This document shows, one piece after another, positions 32,504 to 42,366 of a stretch of DNA of 64,000 nt. Below the pieces are notes generated by a model that saw only the letters and a program-made list of their open reading frames with translations, ran no database searches and was not told the origin of the DNA. A program made the translations under genes and the position numbers. This DNA comes from a bacterium (GTDB lineage: Bacteria; SAR324; NAC60-12): contig OZ242383.1 of the NCBI GenBank assembly GCA_965209155.1, positions 2,272,001-2,336,000 on the forward strand, written 5' to 3'. How positions within the stretch are numbered: the first letter of the stretch is position 1; each line of letters opens with the position of its first letter.

Positions 32504-33622
32504 ACTATGTGTTATGTCGAGGACGAGCCGCCAGGCGAGAATCACCAGTTTTCGCGCTATGGCGACAATGGCACGTTTTTGACCCACTCGAGAGAGCAAA
32601 GATTTATATTTTTTCTTAAAATAAGGATCTTTACGCACCAGGATCCAAGCGGCTTCGACGAGCATTCCTCGCAGATCCGCTTTGCCGGAGCGAGTAATAT
32701 GACCCATGCGAATCTGATCGGAACTGGAGAACTGGGAAGGTGTTAACCCCACATAAGCAGCCAGTTGATCACTCGTCCTGAAACGCTGGAGATTTTCAAG
32801 CTCGAGTAAGAAAGTCATCGCGGTGAGCAGACCTACGCCGGGGATGGATCTCAAAAGCCTGACGTTCAGATGGTAACGCTCCCCCTGGGCCAGTTCTCGA
32901 ATTTGCCGAGTCAAACGAAGAATTTGAGTGTTGAGAAACTGCAGTTGTTCCAGGTAGCTTTGTAAAGATAAGCCGAAACGCGCATCGTTTTCACACAACT
33001 GACTTAACTCTGATAAAAAGGACCGACTCCAGAATCCCTGATCGGAGGGAAGTTTTTGTCCATGAAAACACAAGTCGGATTTGATGCGATTTTGAACGCG
33101 GTTGCGATCGTTGACCAGTTGACGTCGATGGCGAATCAGTTTGCGTTGCATCAATCCTTCTTCACTGGGAACAAAGATTCTTTTGAGCATTCCGCGGGAG
33201 AGATAAAATGCCAATTTCTTGCTATCTTTACGGTCGGTTTTGACACGATGGCCCGAAGCCAGTGGAATCAAACTCGGTGGAGTGACACGACAGCAAACTC
33301 CCCACTGGCTTAAATGACGATAAAGCCAGTAACCGAAATAACCGGCTTCATAGACCGCTTCAATATCGAGCGCTTTGAAGGGACTCAACAGCTTTTTCAA
33401 CGCCGACCAACTAGCTGGGATCGACTGACTGCTGATCTCGCAATCAAAAGTGCGAAGGGTTACGTGAAAACTCTTCTTATGCACGTCAATGCCAACAAAA
33501 AGGGTTTGGCCTGATAATGATTCAATGTTATTTTTTTTCATGACAGTCTCCTTTTAAAAGGGTTGTTTATTGTTTGATAAACTTTATTAATATCACAACC
33601 CTCGGAGGCTGTCTGGTTTACA

Positions 33623-36600
33623 CCTAAATCCTGCAATTGCATATTTTGATTGAGTTTCCCCCACTCTTTGACAGTATTTTTTAAAAAAAAAAGGATTTGA
33701 GAGTTGAATTTCCATCAGTCCTTGCTCATACAGGTTTTTCCGCCCTCCATTAGATCGTCATATTTTGTGATGATCCGCATTCAAGACGTACTTTTCCCTG
33801 GATTTGGGGATCGACATCTCAGCAAAACGTTTCCACTGGAGTGAAACAAAGGAGCTAGGTCTCTCCAACCGCGACCCATGCATCCCATTGAGCATGGTAA
33901 AGTGTTCTTTCTGGAACTCTCAGTTTTTGTTGACGAGCGCCAATCGTCCATTTTCCTGCCATTCGGACAAGATAGGTGCGCATGGTGGCCGGTTCCCAAC
34001 GACGCAGCATTGCATTACCACTACAAAGGGCCATCCAGCGCATCATGTTGTAAGCGAGTATCGCGCATTGGAACAAGGCACTGTTGGCCCAAAAATCATC
34101 GGTTTTAATCTGAGCCAGCGCGGTTTGATTTTTTGCTTCCTCGATCCATGTCTCAGCGGCGGCCCTCTGGCCATACTCTTTGTGAGCCTGCCAGGGAGTG
34201 AGCGCATCGGTGAGAACATAACAAAAATAATCGTACTCCTTCATCTCAAAGAGGGTGGCCATTTCTTTGAGTTCCTCCTCTTTCTCCCTGCGTACGGCCA
34301 TGAATTTTCTTGACGCGCCCCAAGTTTCGCATTGGTGGTAAAACTCACACCCTTCCCAAGCGGGCTGCCCTTTCACTTTTTGCCATTTTTGCGTTTCCAA
34401 TAACGACACGAGCCCCTTGAGTTTGACCTTGATCAGGTAGCCATGGCCTCGTTCGTCGAGGAAATCCAGCAAATCCCCCACAAAAAAACCACTGTCTCCA
34501 CGAAACAGAATACGAGTCCGATTCGGAAGCTGAGCAAGAAGTTGTCGCATGAATTCAACGACTCCATTGCTGGTATAGGCACTCCCGTCACGAAGCCAAC
34601 CCTGAAGAATCTCCTTGGTCTCTGCGCAAAATGCCAACAGAGGATGATACGAAGCGGCCCCGCGTTTGTGGGGATTATATCCGACAGACACTCCTTGCTG
34701 CTTGCCGTAGGCCGTTTTCACAGTGGAGTCCACGTCAATCACAAGATGGCGCAACCCCCCAACGTTGCTTGTCCCACTTCGAAGCGCTTTGCGCCAGATA
34801 CCGGCTCGAATCCGATGGTTCAAGCTCTCCATCTCATGGATGTTTTTCTGTGTGAAAGTACGCAGTATACGGCCGAATGTGGTTTCATCCGGAATCCTCA
34901 GCCAACCGGCCACACGACTCAAAACACGGTCGTTCCAAACTGTTACAATCGAACGAATCGAACGGGCGCCGCCAATAATGCCAACCACCGACAAAATGAC
35001 CATGTCCACCGCGTCATAAAGACTCGTGGCGCCACGTTGATGATCTATGGTCTGCTCTGTCTTCGAAACAATCCCGTGTTTGTGAAAAAATTTGACAACC
35101 GGAATCAAGCCTGCTTGAGCGGTCAGGTCTCTGCCTCCCTGGCGGATATGGATGTTTTTTGCTTTCGTTCTTGGGTGTAATTAAAAGTGAGGGGCAGAGA
35201 GAAACAGCTGGACAAGTGCTCAAAGTATATTGAAAGTGGGGGGGATTTCGAATGATTAACCTTCAAACAGGAGTTGAAAATGTCTAAATACTTGAGTTAC
35301 TCGGAACTAAGGGAGGGTGACGAGTCATCTCTTTCATTAGAAGAACGGCTGTCGAAGTATCCACACCTTCGCCGTCGGATGGAATCCATTCTGGGGATTA
35401 TCGAAAATGACGATGGGAGTTGCCAAACAGCCGATGAGGCTGAGAGGCGGGCGATTGAAGAAGTGCGTAAATTGGGTCAGGAAGTGCTTCAAGGCTGGTT
35501 GGGCCATCAGTCCGATATAAAAGAAGCAGAGTCTTGTCAAAAAGCGGATCTGATCCGAGATGGTAAAAAAAACTGTATTGGTACAGTACCTTTGGTGCCA
35601 TTGGAATCGAAGAACTTGTTTTCCGGGAAGGACGGAGAGGAAAAAGACAGAGACCCTTGAGTGCCTCGATTGGCGTTCAGTGCCAGGGTTATTCAAAGCC
35701 TCTGCAGCGAGCGATGGTGGATTTTGGTGCCGATGTCTCCTTTGCAGCAGCGAGCCAGAAACTCAAGGAGCATTATGGCATTGACGTTCCTTCCAGCAGT
35801 ATCCGAGCACGAACCCTCCATCACAGTCAGAGATGCTTCTCCCTGAAAGAAGAGCAGCCGTCTAGCAGGGAGCCCAGTGGGGTGGGGGTGGTGATTTTGG
35901 AAAGTGATGGCACCATGGTGCCTCTGGTAGAGACGGCAGACTCTACATTTACGGGGGATCGCAGAAAAACGCGTCAAGTGAGTTGGAAAGAAGGGATTAC
36001 CTCCTTAGCTTATGCTCGAGGAAGTGTCGACCCCATTTATGCTGGAACCTTGAACGGTAGAGATGAAGCGGGTTTTCAGATGAAAGAGGTCGCTCTTGAA
36101 GCGGGACTGGGAAAGCAGACGAAGATTCATGCTTTAGGGGATGGAGCCCCTTGGATCTGTGAAAAAATCGAAACTCATTTTGTCGCTCAGGCGAACTATC
36201 TCATTGATTTTTATCATCTCTGTGATTATCTTGGTGCAGCCTGCCAAGCCGCTTTTGAAGACGGCTCAGCGGCCCTGAAAAAACAGAAGCAAACCATGAA
36301 AAAAGGAGGAGCAGCCAACGTGTTAGAGCAGTTTAAATCCAGGCAAGAATCCGAATCTATTCCCAATGAACAGGCCCCCATTCGCGCTTTGGTACGTTAC
36401 ATGAAAAATCGTCCCGGACAGTTTGAATACAAAACAGCTATTGATCAACAACTCCCTATCGGCTCTGGAAAAATTGAAAGCGCCCATCGTTCCCTCATCC
36501 AAAAACGGCTCAAACTCCCTGGCGCTTGGTGGAAAAAACAACATGCCGATCAGATGATTCAACTCAGAGTGGCAAGAGCCAATGGAAAATGGGATTGTTA

Positions 36601-36788
36601 TTGGCAACAACTACAAAGAGCTTAATGAGATGCCCCTCACTTTTAATTACACCCTTCGTTCTTGCCGATCTTGTGCTAACTTTGTTTTTCATGGAAATGG
36701 TGATCTCTCAAAATTTTGAATTTGTTGTTAACTATTTGAGTATATTACCATTTCCATCTTTGTTTGTCATCTAATTGCAGGATTTAGG
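33623..36788 (-). mobile_element. IS1380 family element (transposase 33855-36689 interrupted by ISKra4)
   Basis: 16-bp IR CCTAAATCCTGCAATT; 5-bp TSD TTACA; DVDST, YHPL, RGDSGF, R...E..I.E.K; start MKNKVSTRSARTKAKNIHI.. rejoins in frame. Confidence 0.9.
35173..36654 (+). mobile_element. ISKra4-like IS, copy 2
   Basis: 24-bp TIRs; 9-bp TSD TTCGTTCTT; close paralog of 13573-15055. Confidence 0.92.
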
Positions 36789-36831
36789 TTACATAGTAAC
36801 TATGTGGAATGTTAATATATGGAGGAATAAA

Positions 36832-38550
36832 GTGAAAAAGCAAAGCATATTCCACAAACGTTTTTCTTTTCCAGAGCCGAAGTCGGTAACCGAGTGGATA
36901 AGGTGTTATCTGCGCATTCTGTTCATTGTGCTGGTTTTTGGTGTGTTCCTGTCAAGTTACTCGGAACTTCCCAACGCAACCGCTGATCCGACGGTGCTGG
37001 CTCACGCTGAATTCACTTTTGATCGGTACGAAATCGTCACGGGTGTTGCGAAACGTCAGACTGTTTTGACGGGATTTCTCCTCGGTGGTGCTATCGCAGA
37101 AGTCGCCGTAGTGCACATTGATGAGAACGACAGCCGACACTTGCGCATTTACACGTTTGTCGACAATACTTGGACCCCGAAACTCGACACAACGCTACGT
37201 CCTGAAGTGTTGTTTGTTGATGTCGCAAACATCGGTGGACGTGATCGCTTAATCACGTATGAGAGGGGTCGTTTGAACTGGTTCGATCCGGACTCAGCGG
37301 CAGAACTTCCGTTGGTAGTGGTTACTTCCAACTTCAAGCCACCTCGCGAGAGCGAAATTCCCCATGTAGATGTCACTCAGGACGTGAATGCTGACGACCG
37401 CGATGACTTGGTAGTGCCTGATGTCGATGGCTTCTGGGTGTTCATCCAGATGAGCGATGGTGTCTTTGCTGAGAAAGTAAAAATCGGTCCTCCTACTGAG
37501 ATGGAAAGAATCCTCGGAGCCGACGGATATCGATACGACCCTTGGTCTCAGAGCCGTGTCTATGAAATTGACTACGATAGAGATGGTCGGACCGACCTTG
37601 CATGCTGGAACGAGGACCATTTCAAAGTTCATCTCCAGGACGAGCGCGGGTTGTTTGCACCGAAAGCCAAGACCTTCACGACTGATGTAGCGTTTGACTC
37701 GGATCGGGACTCCTTACTCGCCACCAGAGACATGACAGGAAAGGTGCTGCACGCATTGTCAGACCTGAACGGCGACGACATCGCTGACCTGGTGGTTTTC
37801 AAACTGTCGGGTAGGGACATCTCCAAAAAGCATTCCAGTTACGAGGTGCATTTTGGCACGCCAACACCCGAGGGCGGTATCGCTTTTTCAGGAGCCCCTG
37901 ACATCGCGTTCCAGTCGGATGAGAGCGTTCAGCTTGGGATGGACCGGCACGATTTCAATAGCGACGGTCAGATGGATCTGATGATCACGACTATTAATCT
38001 TGAATTCCTCAAAGGCAGTATCTGGAAAAGCATCAAGGGGTTCATGGGGGATGACATCTGGCTGGGTCTTGAGTTCTACCAAATGGAAGAGGACCGTTAT
38101 CCCGACACACCTAACACCATCCGTGGAATCGCTCTGGACGGAGTCCCCAGCCATCGTGAGCCGGGATGGGTGCCGCTGGACATCGTGCTTCGAGGCGCGA
38201 CACACGAGAGACGAAAAACTGAAAAAAGTTACCCGCGAGCGTTCAACGCAACTTTGCTCATTGGGGATGTTACCGGCGATGGTCGCTCGGATCTGCTCAT
38301 CGCTGATCACCCTCGGATTATGGTCGTCTTCAGCGGCGTGCCGGGACCAGAAATATTTGCTCGACAGCCTCAGGAGGTGAAGGTCGCTGTTCCCAACGAC
38401 GAGGAATACACCTGGCTGGTGGACCTCAACAGGGACGGGGTGCAAGATATCCTGATGCATCACCCATTCACGCTACGGGATGCTCACGGAGCACCGAAAC
38501 TGGCTCCGGGAACTGAACCGCATCGAGTGACGATGCTGATCGCTCGATAG
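36832..38550 (+). CDS. FG-GAP/VCBS repeat (beta-propeller) exported protein
   Basis: Repeated DxNxDGxxDL motifs; N-terminal hydrophobic segment; RBS GGAGG before GTG. Confidence 0.8.
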   Translation: MKKQSIFHKRFSFPEPKSVTEWIRCYLRILFIVLVFGVFLSSYSELPNATADPTVLAHAEFTFDRYEIVTGVAKRQTVLTGFLLGGAIAEVAVVHIDENDSRHLRIYTFVDNTWTPKLDTTLRPEVLFVDVANIGGRDRLITYERGRLNWFDPDSAAELPLVVVTSNFKPPRESEIPHVDVTQDVNADDRDDLVVPDVDGFWVFIQMSDGVFAEKVKIGPPTEMERILGADGYRYDPWSQSRVYEIDYDRDGRTDLACWNEDHFKVHLQDERGLFAPKAKTFTTDVAFDSDRDSLLATRDMTGKVLHALSDLNGDDIADLVVFKLSGRDISKKHSSYEVHFGTPTPEGGIAFSGAPDIAFQSDESVQLGMDRHDFNSDGQMDLMITTINLEFLKGSIWKSIKGFMGDDIWLGLEFYQMEEDRYPDTPNTIRGIALDGVPSHREPGWVPLDIVLRGATHERRKTEKSYPRAFNATLLIGDVTGDGRSDLLIADHPRIMVVFSGVPGPEIFARQPQEVKVAVPNDEEYTWLVDLNRDGVQDILMHHPFTLRDAHGAPKLAPGTEPHRVTMLIAR

Positions 38551-38599
38551 ATCCATTGGTTATATTTTTCTGTATAGGTTAACACTGTTCATTTATTTA

Positions 38600-38770
38600 G
38601 ATATGTTAATATAACGTGAGTTTGATGAAAGTGGCATGTTGGGTTTCGCTACGGTTTCTGACCCAAGAGTGCTTTAAAAAACCACATATTTGTCCGAGTT
38701 TCGAGGGGTTTCGTGTGTATTTACCGCTCAACCCAACCTACATGTTTATTTTCTAGCTCACGTTAATATA
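38600..38770. repeat. REP-like palindromic element
   Basis: GTTGGGTTTCG...CAACCCAACCTAC, bracketed by AACGTGAG / CTCACGTT. Confidence 0.5.
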
Positions 38771-38793
38771 TGAAAATCCGAAAGGAGAATAAA

Positions 38794-38972
38794 ATGGAAA
38801 AGCGAAGCCCAGTCCGCAAACACTTTTTTATTCCAAAACTGGGATCCGTAACTGAGCGAACAAGGTATTCTCGACGAAGTTTGTTTCCCATACTGGTTCT
38901 CGGCGTATTCCTGTCGAGTTGCTTGGGATTGTCCAACAAGGCGATCGATCCGATGGTGCCTGCTCCTGTGGA
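38794..38972 (+). pseudogene. N-terminus of a second exported/lipoprotein paralog, truncated
   Basis: Leader resembles the 36832 gene (LVLGVFLSSC vs LVFGVFLSSY); the rest of the tracked ORF is antisense to the repressor. Confidence 0.6.
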
Positions 38973-38973
38973 A

Positions 38974-39408
38974 TTAAGGATTAATCACAATGATGTCTTC
39001 TTGGTGAAATTCCGGTTCCATACTATCTCCATGCACCATCAAAGCAAACGTGCCTTTGGAATCGGTCTCAATGAAATTCCAATCCTCTTGTTGGGAATGG
39101 GTGCATTCTCTCCAATGACCGGCCTGGGTCCAGGCCAGGATCTGGATCTGTTTGCTCCTGTCTTTTTGTTCTGGTTCTCCTTGAACAGAAAGATAGCCTG
39201 TTTCTCTGAGAAATTCTTCAATTTCGATACGATAGGTCTCCAGAAATCCCATCACCATCTCAAAGGAAGGCACACTGCTTCCCTGTTCGATATCCCGGAT
39301 ATGGGTATGAGAGACACCTGACAGGCGGGAGGCCTGGCGCAACGATAATCCCGCTTGATTCCTTTTCTCCTTTAAAAATACTCCAATCGTTTTCATAGTG
39401 TAAACCAT
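38974..39408 (-). pseudogene. XRE HTH + S24 peptidase (LexA/CI-like) repressor, truncated, divergent from the ISCR transposase
   Basis: HTH LSLRQASRLSGVSHTHI..IEQG; QAG cleavage-like site; FAL.V.GDSMEP; stops before the catalytic Lys. Confidence 0.8.
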
Positions 39409-39664
39409 ATCTTACTTTTTTATTGAAATCAATTTCATTTTGAATGTAAGATATATATAACATGTCTTTGTTCTTCAGCTTCCATCTCTCCAATCGATAG
39501 ACTCATTTTCGAGCCAATGAATGGTAGGAGGATCCAGATTTTAAAGCTGCATCTATCTTGTGGGTGGAACCTAAAACGAATTTAGTGAGGTATTCATTTC
39601 CTGACAATGCCCAATTTTAAGATTGGAAATGGAAGATATAATGAACTATTAAGAGAATCATTCC

Positions 39665-40975
39665 TTGATCTATAAGCGACGTCATCCCGAAAAAACAGAA
39701 TACTACCGCATTATTGAAGCCAACTTTGAAGCATTTGAAAGGAACTATCCGGAACTCTTTGAGGAGAATTATGGCTACCTGAGGAAAGACATCATGCCCG
39801 CTATTTACGCCTATCTGGACTGTGGAATTCCAGAGAACGGTGTGGCAAGGATGAGGTGTGAATGTGGAGAAGACTTCTTTGTGGCTTTTTCCTGCAAAAA
39901 AAGAATGATCTGTCCCAGTTGCTCGACAAAAAGCTCTATCCTCTTTGGCGAGAAAGTCCGAGAAATCGTCAAGCCGTTTCCTCATCTTCATGTCACCTTT
40001 ACCATCCCTAAAATTTTGAGAGGTTATTTCCGCAGAAACAGAAAATTACTGAATTTACTGACACAAAGCGCCAATTTCTCCATCGAACAATATTTTCACG
40101 AAACGTTAGGAATCGAAGGTGGATATACTGGGGGAATCTTTTGTATCCAGTCCCATGGTTCTCTCTTTAATTTTCACCCCCACATTCACTCGCTGGTTCT
40201 TGGAGGAATCCTGAAAGATGATAAATTCTACCAACCCTTCCAAATTTCTACCAAGGTGATCGCGGAAATATTCAGAGCAAGGCTATTGACGGTCTTACTC
40301 AAGGAGGAAGTCATTACACAGGAGTTAATCGACTTGCTGATGTCCTGGAACCATAACTCTGGTTTCAATGTTCATGGAAAGCAAAAAATCAATGGAGCCA
40401 ATGGGGATCGCATTGAAAAAATTGCCAGGTATATGAGCAGGGCTGCTATCTCTGTTGAGAGAGTGGAGTTTAATCCAGAAGAGAACACGGTAACGGTTTA
40501 TGAGAAACAAAAGAAAACTTCCTCCACCAAAACGGCCCATTACGATATATTGGAGTTTATCGCTCTTTTGGCCGGACATATTCCGTCGCCATATGAAACG
40601 ATTACATTTTATTATGGCATATACAGCAGTTCCTATCACGGTAAGGAGAAAAAAGAAAAAGGGAGGGACGACGAAGAACCAATGGAGAAAACAATTAAAG
40701 GAAAGGCTAAAGCCAGTGCGAACTGGGCGCGCTTGATTCACAAAATTTTCGAAGTCGACCCTCTATTATGCCCAAATTGCGGGAAGGAAATGAAGATCAT
40801 TGCCTTCATTACCAATTACCAGGAAATCAAAAAAATATTAAAGCATCTTGGTGAGGATACACAAAGAGCACCACCCCTACCATCTATAAGCCCATCCAAT
40901 GATCCCAATGACTATTACGAGGATTACATGCCTCCTGACGAGATCTATTTTGCTATTGAACAATGGGTATCTTGA
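39665..40975 (+). CDS. IS91/ISCR-like rolling-circle (HUH) transposase, full length
   Basis: YLDCG, SCK.R..CPSC zinc domain, HPHIH, RYMSR, WARLI.KIFEVDPL.CP.CG, RAPP. Confidence 0.93.
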   Translation: MIYKRRHPEKTEYYRIIEANFEAFERNYPELFEENYGYLRKDIMPAIYAYLDCGIPENGVARMRCECGEDFFVAFSCKKRMICPSCSTKSSILFGEKVREIVKPFPHLHVTFTIPKILRGYFRRNRKLLNLLTQSANFSIEQYFHETLGIEGGYTGGIFCIQSHGSLFNFHPHIHSLVLGGILKDDKFYQPFQISTKVIAEIFRARLLTVLLKEEVITQELIDLLMSWNHNSGFNVHGKQKINGANGDRIEKIARYMSRAAISVERVEFNPEENTVTVYEKQKKTSSTKTAHYDILEFIALLAGHIPSPYETITFYYGIYSSSYHGKEKKEKGRDDEEPMEKTIKGKAKASANWARLIHKIFEVDPLLCPNCGKEMKIIAFITNYQEIKKILKHLGEDTQRAPPLPSISPSNDPNDYYEDYMPPDEIYFAIEQWVS

Positions 40976-41172
40976 GAATTCTAAAACCCAGGGATTGCTT
41001 TGTCTAAAATCCGTCCTTTCAAACCAGGACAGAGAAAAAGCACTGAAACATTGAACAGAACACACAACCACCCACGAAACCTACCAAAAAATCAAAAAAA
41101 GACCCCCTAAAATTTGCCTTTACACACCTATTCCCAGGTGCTATCGTTTTATGTAATTTTTGATTTTCCTAT
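40976..41172 (+). mobile_element. oriIS end of the ISCR-like element
   Basis: Hairpin CACCT-attccc-AGGTG and terminal TTTTGATTTTCCTAT followed by GTGG; conserved in four copies. Confidence 0.8.
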
Positions 41173-41432
41173 GTGGCCGCGTGCCGAGTGCGCATCAGTC
41201 CTTGAAATGATTTGCTCTGCATCCCCTGCTTTTCGTTCCGGGAAGGGCAGGATTGCCCCTTATTTTCAAGGACTGACACAGAGAAGAGCGAGGATCAAGT
41301 CCTGGATGAGACAAGCACCCGCCCCTGAGGAATTAAGGTGAGCAAAAAAATCGATTGACCTCCTCTGAATATTGCTATATGGAGAGGATAATGAAGGGGA
41401 TAATGAAATCTACCAGGATATCGCCATCATCG

Positions 41433-41660
41433 TTCTATTGTGATAGTTTTCAAGAAATCGTCTTTATGGCTGCTGGTCTTTCTTTTTCTATTGTGATAGT
41501 TTTCAAGAAATCGCCTTGGGCTGACGGTTTTTAAGAATTTCGGCTTGTTTTTCTATTTCTTTTTTTGATAAGTTTCAACGAATACGCCTTGGGCTGACGG
41601 TTTTTAAGAATTTCGGCTTGTTTTTCGTTTTCTCTTTTGATAGATTTCAAGAAAACGCCT
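41433..41660. repeat. Degenerate tandem repeat, four copies of core GATAGTTTTCAAGAAATCG
   Basis: Cores near 41442, 41495, 41567, 41639; CGCCTTGGGCTGACGGTTTTTAAGAATTTCGGCTTGTTTTTC is duplicated. Confidence 0.8.
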
Positions 41661-42012
41661 TTGATTGAAGGGTTTATTTCAATTTTGCTAATATTTTAGC
41701 CGAAAGTCATGAAAAACATCATATCCTCAGCAGAGGATTTTTAGAAACGGTCAACGGGGAATGGAAAAGTGCCAAAAATGTTGACTTCTGTATCTCAATA
41801 TGAAAAAAATATTTTCGTTGATCATCAGAAGATATTCATGAATGAATGAGTCACCCTATTCAAAAAAACCTTGACCGTCATTTGCAGATCGATTATATAA
41901 TATTTTATTCTAGGGATGGAAGGGCAATAACGCGATCCTTCGCTTTGCTGCTCGGCGAACCGTCAGGATGACATGAAAGTCTGAATTAACCCGTTTCAAG
42001 TATAAAAAATTC

Positions 42013-42041
42013 TTGACAAAAGGTTAATATGAGAGTATCAT
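42013..42041 (+). promoter_or_regulatory. Sigma70-type promoter
   Basis: TTGACA-17 bp-TATCAT. Confidence 0.7.
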
Positions 42042-42046
42042 TCAAT

Positions 42047-42193
42047 CACCCGGCACCCGGCACCCGGCACCCGGCACCCGGCACCCGGCACCCGGCACCC
42101 GGCACCCGGCACCCGGCACCCCAAGTTCCCAGTTCCCACGTTCTAAATCCCAAGTCCCCAGTTCCCACGTTCTAAATCCCAAGTCCCCAGTTC
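42047..42193 (+). repeat. (CACCCGG)x10 VNTR followed by about 2.5 copies of a 29-bp repeat
   Basis: Heptamers 42047-42116; CCCAAGT(T/C)CCCAGTTCCCACGTTCTAAAT from 42120. Confidence 0.95.
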
Positions 42194-42366
42194 ATTGGGT
42201 TGTCCCCCCTTATCTCATCTCGACATCAGGGAGAGATCCTTGAATTACCCCTCAGTTCATTTCAGCAAATGGAAATGCCTCGAGAGAATTGAAAGCTCAT
42301 AGTTCATTGCCCCATCCTGGAGCCAATGAATCGTTTTTTTGATCACTCCAAAATGAAGGAGACCCA

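Larger units (their letters stand above)
32504..36801 (-). mobile_element. IS110 copy 2 (transposase about 32515-33541), 3' non-coding region deleted, left end interrupted by IS1380
   Basis: CT core at 32502-32503 and 36800-36801; ends CT-ACTATG... and ...TTACATAGTAA-CT as in copy 1. Confidence 0.85.

Noticed and set aside
38770..39321. 183-aa ORF
   Set aside because: Chimera of a truncated leader and antisense repressor sequence
41433..41660. Possible CRISPR array
   Set aside because: Repeats are degenerate, spacing is irregular, linkers are duplicated and there are no cas genes in the window
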